Positions 41,201 through 49,168 of a stretch of 52,766 bases of DNA are shown here, piece by piece (within the stretch, counting starts at the first letter, position 1; each line of letters begins with the position of its first letter). Position numbers and translations under genes: made by a program. Location: positions 1 to 52,766 of the forward strand of contig NZ_JAAHFZ010000014.1 in assembly GCF_010672795.1 (NCBI RefSeq). The letters run 5' to 3'. The notes under the pieces are model-generated. The model was not told where the DNA came from and did not search any database. It worked only from the letters and a program-made list of their open reading frames with translations. The DNA comes from Moorena sp. SIO1G6. GTDB taxonomy: Bacteria > Cyanobacteriota > Cyanobacteriia > Cyanobacteriales > Coleofasciculaceae.

Positions 41201-43117
41201 CTACAGTTTGTTGTTAGGTTTGTATATTACATCATAATCAAAATTTTGTAAACTAGATTTTAATGGTTGCTTGATTTTAGTCACTCCAGAGAGGCGAGTA
41301 TGAAGTTGACATTGTCCAAGATAAATTTGTGCTACACTATCTCCTGGATTCAAGCGTAGACATTCCTGAAACAGAACTGATGCCTTGGAGAAATAACGCA
41401 GATTATAAAGCACCAAGGCTTGTTCAAATTTGCTGCGAGTAATTAACTTGCCCTCTCGCAATTGCGGTTCATCGGCATCAAAGATTTCATAAACTGTCAC
41501 CATTTCGGATTTGCCCTTCACTGGTACCCGATCAATCAAGCGAATGGCATAAGCTAAGGGATTATCTAACTTCCAATAAGTATGGTGAGTGATTAATAAT
41601 GGCACCCCATAAGGTTTCGTTAATTCTTCTAAACGAGACGCTAAATTAACCCCATCGCTGATGACAGTGCTATCCATCCGATTTTTTCCTCCCACTGTTC
41701 CTAACATCAAGGAACCAGTATTGATGCCAATGCCAACGGTGATGGCTGGGTGTCCTGAGCTTCGCCGAGATTGATTATAGTCAGCTAGGGATGTGAGCAG
41801 AGCAATTCCGGCGTTGACCGCATGATTAGCACTTTCGTTAAACAGAGCCATAATCCCATCCCCCATGTATTTATCAATAAAGCCATGATTTTCAGTGATG
41901 ACAGATTCCATACGAGAAAGATAGGTATTGATAAATTCAAAATTTTCCTCAGGTGTCATACTTTCCGAGAGGGTGCTAAAGGAGCGAATATCGGAAAATA
42001 GCACCGACATCTCTTGCTGAACATGATCCCCTAATTGAACATCGACAATGCTTGGTTTGTTCAATAACTGGAGAAACTGATGGGGAACAAAGCTTTCATA
42101 AGCTTGATTAACTTGCGAGAATTCCTGCATCAAGCGTAGGTGTTCTGCTTCTGCTTTTTTGCGTTGGGTGATATCATGAAAGGCAACGATAGCATAGGCA
42201 ATGTTACCCAATTCATTAAAGATAGGTGTTCCCCAACTTTCTATAGGGAGAATTTTGTCTTCTTGGTGGATTTCAATATCATCGAGGGTGGAGTTTTCAC
42301 CTTTTAAGGCCTTTACAGCAACTAATTTTTCAGCAAAGTATAGCTGATTGGTTCCGGCAACATAAAGTTGATAAACCTCTGGCATTTGCTCAACTGTAGT
42401 TAATGGCACGACTCCCTTTCCGAATAACTGCCGCGCCTTATAATTGAGGAATTCTAGTATCCCCTTATCATTAAACACAGCCACACCCACAGGCATCCTT
42501 TCTAGGAACTGGGTCAATTGATACTGCTTCTCTAGCAGTTCGTCAACTAGGACAGCTTGCTGACGGTTTATAGAACTCAGGTGCTGCCACTCTTGATTAG
42601 CTTGTTCTGGTGCTGTAGTATATTCTGAAATCTGTGCTGCTTGATCACAGATTATTTTTTCCAAGTGCTGATTGAGTTCCTGAAGTTGGCGATTTTGTGC
42701 CTTCAATGTTTCCTCAAGAAGATAACTATGTATGGCTTCTATGACTGTCAATTTAAGGTCTTCAGATGGACAAGGCTTGCCTAGGTAACGATATAACTTT
42801 GCATACCGAATTGCCTTGGCTGTCCCTTCCAAATCCAGATCATCCGTCAGCATAATTTTGATAGTTTGGTTAGAGAAAAAATAAGCTATGTTTAATAAGT
42901 CATCCCCTTTTAGATCAGGGATAACAGCACCAGCCAAAACTAAAGCAACTTCAGACTCATCATGGCGCAACTCTTCGACTAACTTGACAACCCCTTTACT
43001 CCCTTCAAAATTTTCAATCAGATGTTCTTTGCCGAGAGTCTTACCTAGAGATGTTTTTAGGCTATTGAGAACTGATGGATCATTATCAATACAAATAATT
43101 ATTAATGGGTTTGTCAT
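41201..43117 (-). CDS. Signal-transduction protein: receiver-like domain + coiled coil + PAS + class III adenylate/guanylate cyclase (CHD) domain
   Basis: The N-terminal CheY-like fold has IICIDND. The central PAS resembles ...GVAVFNDKGILEFLNYKARQLFG.... The C-terminal cyclase core is VLFSDIRSFSTLSE...GDGIMALF... Confidence 0.75.
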   Translation of the reverse strand: MTNPLIIICIDNDPSVLNSLKTSLGKTLGKEHLIENFEGSKGVVKLVEELRHDESEVALVLAGAVIPDLKGDDLLNIAYFFSNQTIKIMLTDDLDLEGTAKAIRYAKLYRYLGKPCPSEDLKLTVIEAIHSYLLEETLKAQNRQLQELNQHLEKIICDQAAQISEYTTAPEQANQEWQHLSSINRQQAVLVDELLEKQYQLTQFLERMPVGVAVFNDKGILEFLNYKARQLFGKGVVPLTTVEQMPEVYQLYVAGTNQLYFAEKLVAVKALKGENSTLDDIEIHQEDKILPIESWGTPIFNELGNIAYAIVAFHDITQRKKAEAEHLRLMQEFSQVNQAYESFVPHQFLQLLNKPSIVDVQLGDHVQQEMSVLFSDIRSFSTLSESMTPEENFEFINTYLSRMESVITENHGFIDKYMGDGIMALFNESANHAVNAGIALLTSLADYNQSRRSSGHPAITVGIGINTGSLMLGTVGGKNRMDSTVISDGVNLASRLEELTKPYGVPLLITHHTYWKLDNPLAYAIRLIDRVPVKGKSEMVTVYEIFDADEPQLREGKLITRSKFEQALVLYNLRYFSKASVLFQECLRLNPGDSVAQIYLGQCQLHTRLSGVTKIKQPLKSSLQNFDYDVIYKPNNKL

Positions 43118-43771
43118 GCCAAATTATCTGCAAAATCATATTGAATTAGTTAAATTAATGCCTGGCGGCAATTAATTATTATATAGTTTTGATAGTCACA
43201 CCAAAAGGTTGCCTGCTTATTAATTTATTGAAGTAAATCAGTGGCTGTAGCTGTAATTAAAGATAAACTATTAGTCGCTAAAATATTATTCATTGAGCAT
43301 TTATTACTAAGAGTAATACATCAACAGTAAACCACAAAAAATCTACATATTTCCTTTATTTATAGCAACCGACTTATCTCAACCTATGGATTTAGCAGAC
43401 AAGCTCTATTTGTTGGAGCAACATATAGCATTGTGGCGATAGTATCCTCTACCGTCAACACAAAAATGTAGCCAATTGCTTTTAAAATTTGGCTACACTA
43501 TTGACCCAGTCTGCTGGAAATTTATCGGATTAACCCACTCAATTAACCCCGAATCCCTTAGAATATACCTAAAACCGAATTATTCCCCTTAAATAAGTTA
43601 TTTGTCAACTATCCCAAGACAACCATTTGATAGGCATGTCAGCACTATACATAATAGTATGTATTTGTCAATTAGCAAGTGTAGCCAGTTTAATCACTGA
43701 ATCAACCTAAATTAATTGTCTGCCTTGTTAGAAAGCGCTAAAGTGTCGTTTGAGATATTGGGGAACTGTTA

Positions 43772-45127
43772 GTGATGACTATTGATCAGGTACTTGACAT
43801 CCTCAAAAGTGTTGAGAAAATCAAGTTGACTCCACTTCAGGAATGGATACTGCACCAAGCCTGGGAAGGAAAAACCTATACCGATATGGCGATCGAAGCA
43901 CACTATGGTCCTGAATACCTCAGAAAGACTGCCTATAAGTTGTGGCGATTACTGGGAGATATTTTTGGCAAAGCGATCACCAAGACCAATTTCCGGAACA
44001 CCCTGGAGACAACCCCGATTACTCCCTACTATCAAGAGATAATTGAGCAATATTACCGCCGTCAATGCCTACGTCAAATTGCTGAATTTCCCAGTGGAGC
44101 ACTTCCCCTACCATCTCAGCTTTATATAAAGCGTCCTCCTATTGAAGAGCTTTGCTATCAAGCCATCCAGCAACCTGGGAGTTTGCTCCGGATTACAGGA
44201 CCAAAAGAGACAGGAAAAACCTCTTTGCTGCTGCGAATATTAGACCAGGCAAGAGAAAAACAATATCACAGAGTATACCTCAATTTTGACCAAGCCGAAA
44301 CCGCAATTTTAAGTAATTTAGACCGGCTATTGCGCTGGTTATGTGTTAACGTCAGTTACCAACTCCAGCTTCCCCACCAACTGGATGACTATTGGGATAA
44401 AGACCTAGGCAGTAAGGTCAGCTGTATGAGTTACTTACAAGAACATATCCTAGAAAAAATACACCATCCCCTCGTTTTGGCAATGGATCAAGTTCATCAC
44501 CTGTTTGAGCATGCCCAAACTGCTAAAGATTTTTTGCCCTTATTGCGCTCTTGGCATGAGGAAGCTAAACAACTACCGGTGTGGCGAAAGCTGCGGGTGA
44601 TTGTGGTTTACTCGACAGAAATTTATGTTGCTCTGGAAACTTCCCAATCTCCGTTTAATGTGGGATTACCGATTAAGTTACCCGAGTTTAACAAACAGCA
44701 AATCCAGCAGTTAGCGCAGCTTTATAGATTACATTGGTCAAATAGTGAAGCTGCTGAGAAACTGATGGCTATGGTGGGAGGACATCCGGGATTAGTGCAG
44801 CTTGCTCTCTATCATTTGGCTTATCATAACATTAGCCTAGAACAATTACTCGCTGAAGCAGCTACTGCTACGGGAATTTATAGTGACTATTTGCGGCAAC
44901 ACTTGAGTGTACTCAGGGCAAATCCTGATTTAGCTACTACTCTTAAACAGGTGGTTATAGCAGATAGGGGAGTTGAACTAGATCCAATCAGTATCTATAA
45001 GTTACAGAGTATGGGTTTGGTGAGTGTTCAGAGAAATCAAGTCACACTCTGTTGTAATTTATATCGTCAGTATTTTTTAGAACACCTTGATATGTTGAAG
45101 GTTGAAGGTTTAAGGTTTAAGGTTTAA
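43772..45127 (+). CDS. HTH + AAA-like (P-loop NTPase, AAA_35-type) domain protein
   Basis: The N-terminal LTPLQEWILHQAWEGKTYTDMA... is a LuxR-like HTH. Walker A is GPKETGKTS and Walker B is LVLAMDQV. Confidence 0.7.
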   Translation: MMTIDQVLDILKSVEKIKLTPLQEWILHQAWEGKTYTDMAIEAHYGPEYLRKTAYKLWRLLGDIFGKAITKTNFRNTLETTPITPYYQEIIEQYYRRQCLRQIAEFPSGALPLPSQLYIKRPPIEELCYQAIQQPGSLLRITGPKETGKTSLLLRILDQAREKQYHRVYLNFDQAETAILSNLDRLLRWLCVNVSYQLQLPHQLDDYWDKDLGSKVSCMSYLQEHILEKIHHPLVLAMDQVHHLFEHAQTAKDFLPLLRSWHEEAKQLPVWRKLRVIVVYSTEIYVALETSQSPFNVGLPIKLPEFNKQQIQQLAQLYRLHWSNSEAAEKLMAMVGGHPGLVQLALYHLAYHNISLEQLLAEAATATGIYSDYLRQHLSVLRANPDLATTLKQVVIADRGVELDPISIYKLQSMGLVSVQRNQVTLCCNLYRQYFLEHLDMLKVEGLRFKV

Positions 45128-45146
45128 GGTTTAAGGTTTAAGGTTA
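45097..45146. repeat. Heptamer tandem repeat (AAGGTTT x6) spanning the stop codon of the AAA-like gene
   Basis: gaaggttgaaggtttaaggtttaaggtttaaggtttaaggtt. Confidence 0.8.
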
Positions 45147-45279
45147 ATCTATGGCTTACGTTACTAATTACTAATGGCTTGAGTAATAGCTAATCACAAA
45201 ATTCCCCTGTTTTGAAACAGGGGTGGTTCGTGGAAAAAACAGTTGTGGGAGCGGACGCTAAATCAACAGGTGATTGAAT

Positions 45280-45705
45280 TTAATCTAAATAACCCATCAG
45301 CTGTGGATCAGCATCAATATCATTTGGGGCGATGGGACGCTTGCCCATGATGTACTCTATTTCGTCAAGATGAAGACTACTAGCAGCAATTGGTCTCTCC
45401 CCAGACACCTTCATGATACCGAGTACCTCAATGTTGCTAGAAGTGATGGGGCGCTCTCCCATTACAGACATCGTTTCTAATACCTGGAGATTACTGGCAT
45501 CAATTGGTCGATGTCCCATTATGCTGTGTGTTTCACTAATATGAAGCTCACTAGGAGCAATGGGACGGTTTCCAGGTAAAGGGGGAAGTGTATCCAGGGC
45601 AGAGGTTTCCTGTGCTGGAGCTTCTGCTAGCTGAACTGCGGTAGTGTTTTCATTGATTGCAGTGCTATCGCTCACAGTGCTATCGCTCACAGTGCTATCG
45701 CTCAT
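45280..45705 (-). CDS. Hypothetical tandem-repeat protein (five ~19-aa repeats [IV]MGxRPIxxSxLx[VL]xE)
   Basis: 141 aa. It starts with an (SDSTV)x3 15-bp tandem repeat, followed by LPGNRPIAPSELHISETHS / IMGHRPIDASNLQVLETMS / VMGERPITSSNIEVLGIMK / VSGERPIAASSLHLDEIEY / IMGKRPIAPNDIDADPQLM. Confidence 0.6.
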   Translation of the reverse strand: MSDSTVSDSTVSDSTAINENTTAVQLAEAPAQETSALDTLPPLPGNRPIAPSELHISETHSIMGHRPIDASNLQVLETMSVMGERPITSSNIEVLGIMKVSGERPIAASSLHLDEIEYIMGKRPIAPNDIDADPQLMGYLD

Positions 45706-46125
45706 AATCGTATACCTAGAAGTTTTTAACCGAGTTTTTTAGCTATTCGGGCAAGATTAGCCCGTTGGTCCTACCCGCTGGCGGAGATGTGGGATTAACT
45801 ATTGGTGTTATTGCCTCGTCTATGGGCGAGCGGGGTGCTTACAAAGTAGGAGAACAAAAAAAGCTCTGGTTGCTGTATTGACCTGGAGTCTTTGCTGTAA
45901 CTGAGTTTAGTAAGGAGTAATCGGTAAATGAGAATCGGTGATACTCATTTTAATCCCATTAATTACGTTACAGACCGCAACGTTAGCTTAATTTTTATTC
46001 TTGACTAACTTTTACAAGTATTATAAAGCCTTAATTATATTAAGCTACATTTTACGAAAGTAAACAATTAGGTCAAGGATTATAAAGTAGTTCTCAATTG
46101 GGTCAGGTACTTAGGCTCTGGTTGT

Positions 46126-46165
46126 TAGGGAATAGGGAGCAGGGAGTAGAGAGTAGGGAGCAGCC
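46126..46165. repeat. G-rich short repeats (GGGAGCAGGGAGTAGAGAGTAGGGAGCAG)
   Basis: Seen directly. Confidence 0.6.
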
Positions 46166-46503
46166 CAGCCATTGGGGAGCCAGCGCCTTCATGATGGCTT
46201 CCCCTCCATGAGCGAGTCCATCAAGATTGGATAAGAAAATTGAATGTACTTGATAACTATGACAAATGCTATAAAGGTTGAGACTGGCTTTTGACCCCTT
46301 TAGGTCTACAACTAAAGCCCTACAACCGAGACCTCTGGAGCTAACCAGTTTGAGATACTACATTTGATATACTACAGCTGATTAACCGATAACCAACCAA
46401 ATAACCTACCCTGCACTGGACACTAAAGGTGAACAACCGATTAACTTACGCTACACTGGATGTCAATGGGGAATAACCAAATAACCTTAATCCCTAGGAT
46501 CGA

Positions 46504-47358
46504 TTGCTGAGTTCTTCACATTTTGTTACAAATGTAGAAGTAACTCTCGCAGGATGCAAGATGGTTATGTTAGGTGGCTTCACCGGTACAAATAATTCTG
46601 GCACTGACTGGGGTGAACAGCTGCTCAATACTGTTGCCAGCAAGACCATTCGCCACCTGTTTACCACAAGCGAATCGGTAGATGTGTCTGTGCGCTGCTA
46701 TCCCTCTAGCAAGTTGCTACAAGGTAGCATCGATAGTTTCAAAATGAGTGGTCGTGGTTTAGTGATTCGTCGGGAATTCCGGACAGAGGAGATGTCCTTT
46801 GAAACCGATGCTGTCTCTCTGGATTTCAGCTCAGTGCTTCAGGGTAAGATTTCTCTGAAACAACCTACTCAAGCGATCGCTCAAGTTATTCTTACTGAAG
46901 CTGATATCAACCAATCCTTTAAAGCACAACTAGTAAGAAAGCGGCTGGAAAACCTTTCTACGCCAGCCTTAACCGCACTATCTGGTGGTGATCCAGTTTC
47001 CTTTACTGAGGTGCAAGTTGAGCTGCAACCGAACAATGGTCTACGGTTATTTGCTAAGGCTAACCTACCCAAGTACGGCATAGTACCGATTAGTATGACA
47101 TCTACCATCGGAGTAGAACGGCGACGGCGGATTTTGTTTAAAGACTCGCAGTTTCAAGCTAATGAAATACCAGAGTCGTTACAAGAGATATCTAAAACTT
47201 TGACAGTAGCCCTCGATGAGATCTTGAACAATATGGTGGATCTAGACCGCTTCAACCTGGATGGTGTCACTATGCGCATCAATCGTCTAGAGACCCAAGG
47301 TAAAAAGCTAGTTTTCAGTGGCTACGCCCAAATCGATCACATCCCGAATAATCCTTGA
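46504..47358 (+). CDS. Hypothetical protein, possibly of the DUF2993 / LmeA-like family (the N-terminal start is uncertain)
   Basis: 284-aa ORF. Its composition and length fit the family, but the assignment is from memory of the family and not verified. Confidence 0.5.
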   Translation: MLSSSHFVTNVEVTLAGCKMVMLGGFTGTNNSGTDWGEQLLNTVASKTIRHLFTTSESVDVSVRCYPSSKLLQGSIDSFKMSGRGLVIRREFRTEEMSFETDAVSLDFSSVLQGKISLKQPTQAIAQVILTEADINQSFKAQLVRKRLENLSTPALTALSGGDPVSFTEVQVELQPNNGLRLFAKANLPKYGIVPISMTSTIGVERRRRILFKDSQFQANEIPESLQEISKTLTVALDEILNNMVDLDRFNLDGVTMRINRLETQGKKLVFSGYAQIDHIPNNP

Positions 47359-47393
47359 CCGATGATTCCTTTTGAATACCCATTATTAAAGGG

Positions 47394-47444
47394 TGGGGAG
47401 ATGGGGAGATGGGGAGATGGGGAGATGGGGAGATGGGGAGATCA
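47394..47444. repeat. Octamer tandem repeat (GGGGAGAT x6)
   Basis: gggtggggagatggggagatggggagatggggagatggggagatcag. Confidence 0.85.
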
Positions 47445-47601
47445 GTTGCGTAGGCTGCTCTAGGGAAGGGCTCGCTCTGATTTTCCGCCTTTTTGCGCCT
47501 TGTTGAGACAATCCGCCCGAAAATTTAAACGGGCAAGATTCCCGTTCCACCGACCGGGTCAAACAGCTTTTAGGAGATACACCCACAAACTCAGACAGGG
47601 G

Positions 47602-48438
47602 TTAAATGTCATCGGGATTAATACCCATCTGTCGTAACCGTTCAGCTAGTTGTTGAGCTCGTTGTTGAGCGAGTTCAGCTCGTTGTTGAGCCAGTTCAGC
47701 TCGTTGTTGAGCCAATTCCTTCTGTTGACGTTCTTGTTCAGCTCGTTGCCGTTGAAGTTCGGTTCGTTCTGCCTCAGTGGGAATCCAATTCCCATTTTGA
47801 TCATACCAACGTAGCCACAACCGATTTAATCCCCGATATTGACCAAGCCATAGCCCTATACCCAATTGCAACTCAGGGATCCAAAATTGGGAATTGTCTA
47901 TGGTTTGGGGTTGATAGCTACCGCCATCTAACTTAAAAATTCGCAATTCATTGCTGACTCGGTCGAAGGTGAGATAGTAGGGAATTGCTAAAATCTGCTC
48001 GTACACTTCCCATTTGGTGGGTGGTTCTCCCGTTCGTTCACTGTAACCGAGGTCTTGATCTCTGGTGCTGGCAGAGAGCAACTCTATCGCCACAATGGGT
48101 CTGACCTCTTCTTGCCAGATCACATAACTCATCCTGAGCTCTCGTTCCTGGTAGAATCGGGAAATCCCTACTACGGCAAACCAATCCGGTCGTTTATACC
48201 AAGCCGTATGCTGCGGGTCATAATATAAATTTAAGTCACTGGCGACAAACACCCTTTCCCTGTCATAATTGGGAGGGCGAAATGTCTCACTACACAGTTG
48301 TGGTTGCCAAAGATGAAATTCGTCAGGCAAACCCGGCTCCTCGGGATCTTCACTGGGTAAATCATACATGGTGGGCAGGGTTTCTTTAGCCGGATGAGGG
48401 AGAATAACTTTTTTAAATGAGGGTTTGGCAAGTGACAT
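47602..48438 (-). CDS. Uma2-family (DUF820, PD-(D/E)xK-like) putative endonuclease with a C-terminal QQRAEL coiled-coil repeat
   Basis: TMYDLPSEDPEEPGLPDEFHLWQPQLCSETF... is the hallmark Uma2 N-terminus that is very abundant in cyanobacteria. The tail (ELAQQRA)x4 is encoded by a 21-bp tandem repeat at 47640-47720. Confidence 0.75.
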   Translation of the reverse strand: MSLAKPSFKKVILPHPAKETLPTMYDLPSEDPEEPGLPDEFHLWQPQLCSETFRPPNYDRERVFVASDLNLYYDPQHTAWYKRPDWFAVVGISRFYQERELRMSYVIWQEEVRPIVAIELLSASTRDQDLGYSERTGEPPTKWEVYEQILAIPYYLTFDRVSNELRIFKLDGGSYQPQTIDNSQFWIPELQLGIGLWLGQYRGLNRLWLRWYDQNGNWIPTEAERTELQRQRAEQERQQKELAQQRAELAQQRAELAQQRAQQLAERLRQMGINPDDI

Positions 48439-48504
48439 GAGATGACCTCAATTTTTCCGACTGATGAGTTTGATCTTAGCAACTGCCGGTAAGCATTTAG
48501 CCCT

Positions 48505-48560
48505 CAGCTGTCAGCTGTCAGCTGTCAGCCATCAGCTGTGCTCCCTGTTCCCTGTTCCCA
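48505..48560. repeat. Heptamer tandem repeats (CAGCTGT x4; CCCTGTT x2)
   Basis: cagctgtcagctgtcagctgtcagccatcagctgtgctccctgttccctgttccc. The CCCTGTT repeat also occurs at 7266-7283. Confidence 0.8.
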
Positions 48561-48665
48561 AAGCGTACCCCCGTTTCCCTTATAAAAGAGGGACTTTGAG
48601 CTTGAGAAGCGTACCTCATACATCCCATAAACGCTATATTGGACTTTCCTGCTCCCGACTCCCTC

Positions 48666-48711
48666 GGTGCGCTTTCCGCATCTAATTATTAAATTCGCCA
48701 CGGGTCGCACC
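48666..48711. repeat. MITE-like palindromic element copy (GGTGCGCTTTCCGCATCTAATTATTAAATTCGCCACGGGTCGCACC)
   Basis: Same family as 20-63. The bases ggtgcgctttccg are identical to copy 1. Confidence 0.7.
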
Positions 48712-48769
48712 GCTCCCTACTCCTTTTACTTTATAATTATAGATAAACCAAAAAACAACTACCAATATC

Positions 48770-48952
48770 ATGCTAGATTGGTTAGCAGTTTGGGGAATTT
48801 CTAGTGCTGGTGGCTATCTCGCCAAAGAGGTGATTGGTCCCTTGGCAAAAGAGGCTCTAGAAGACTACACTAAAGAGTTTTTCAAAGAGTCTATCAAAGA
48901 GTATACTGGACTATCGGATCAAAATACCCAAAAATTTTTGGTCAAGCCTTAA
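48770..48952 (+). CDS. Small ORF (60 aa), possibly a fragment of a frameshifted N-terminal domain belonging to the downstream NACHT gene
   Basis: The ORF is followed by further protein-like ORF pieces in other frames up to 49168 (ALLEEELEDADLSKQKLKPYSKPLKQYIKHKSIKAILGSAFKYGC and IELDLLELPEGFDWHYVLYW). Confidence 0.25.
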   Translation: MLDWLAVWGISSAGGYLAKEVIGPLAKEALEDYTKEFFKESIKEYTGLSDQNTQKFLVKP

Positions 48953-49168
48953 AATAATTCGTGGCTTTATTGGAAGAAGAATTGGAAGATGCTGATTTAT
49001 CTAAGCAAAAATTAAAACCGTATAGTAAACCTCTCAAGCAGTATATTAAACATAAATCCATTAAAGCTATCCTGGGCAGTGCGTTCAAGTATGGCTGTTA
49101 AGGAATAGATACCGATATATTAGCGAAGACTTAGATTGAGCTTGACTTATTAGAATTACCGGAAGGAT

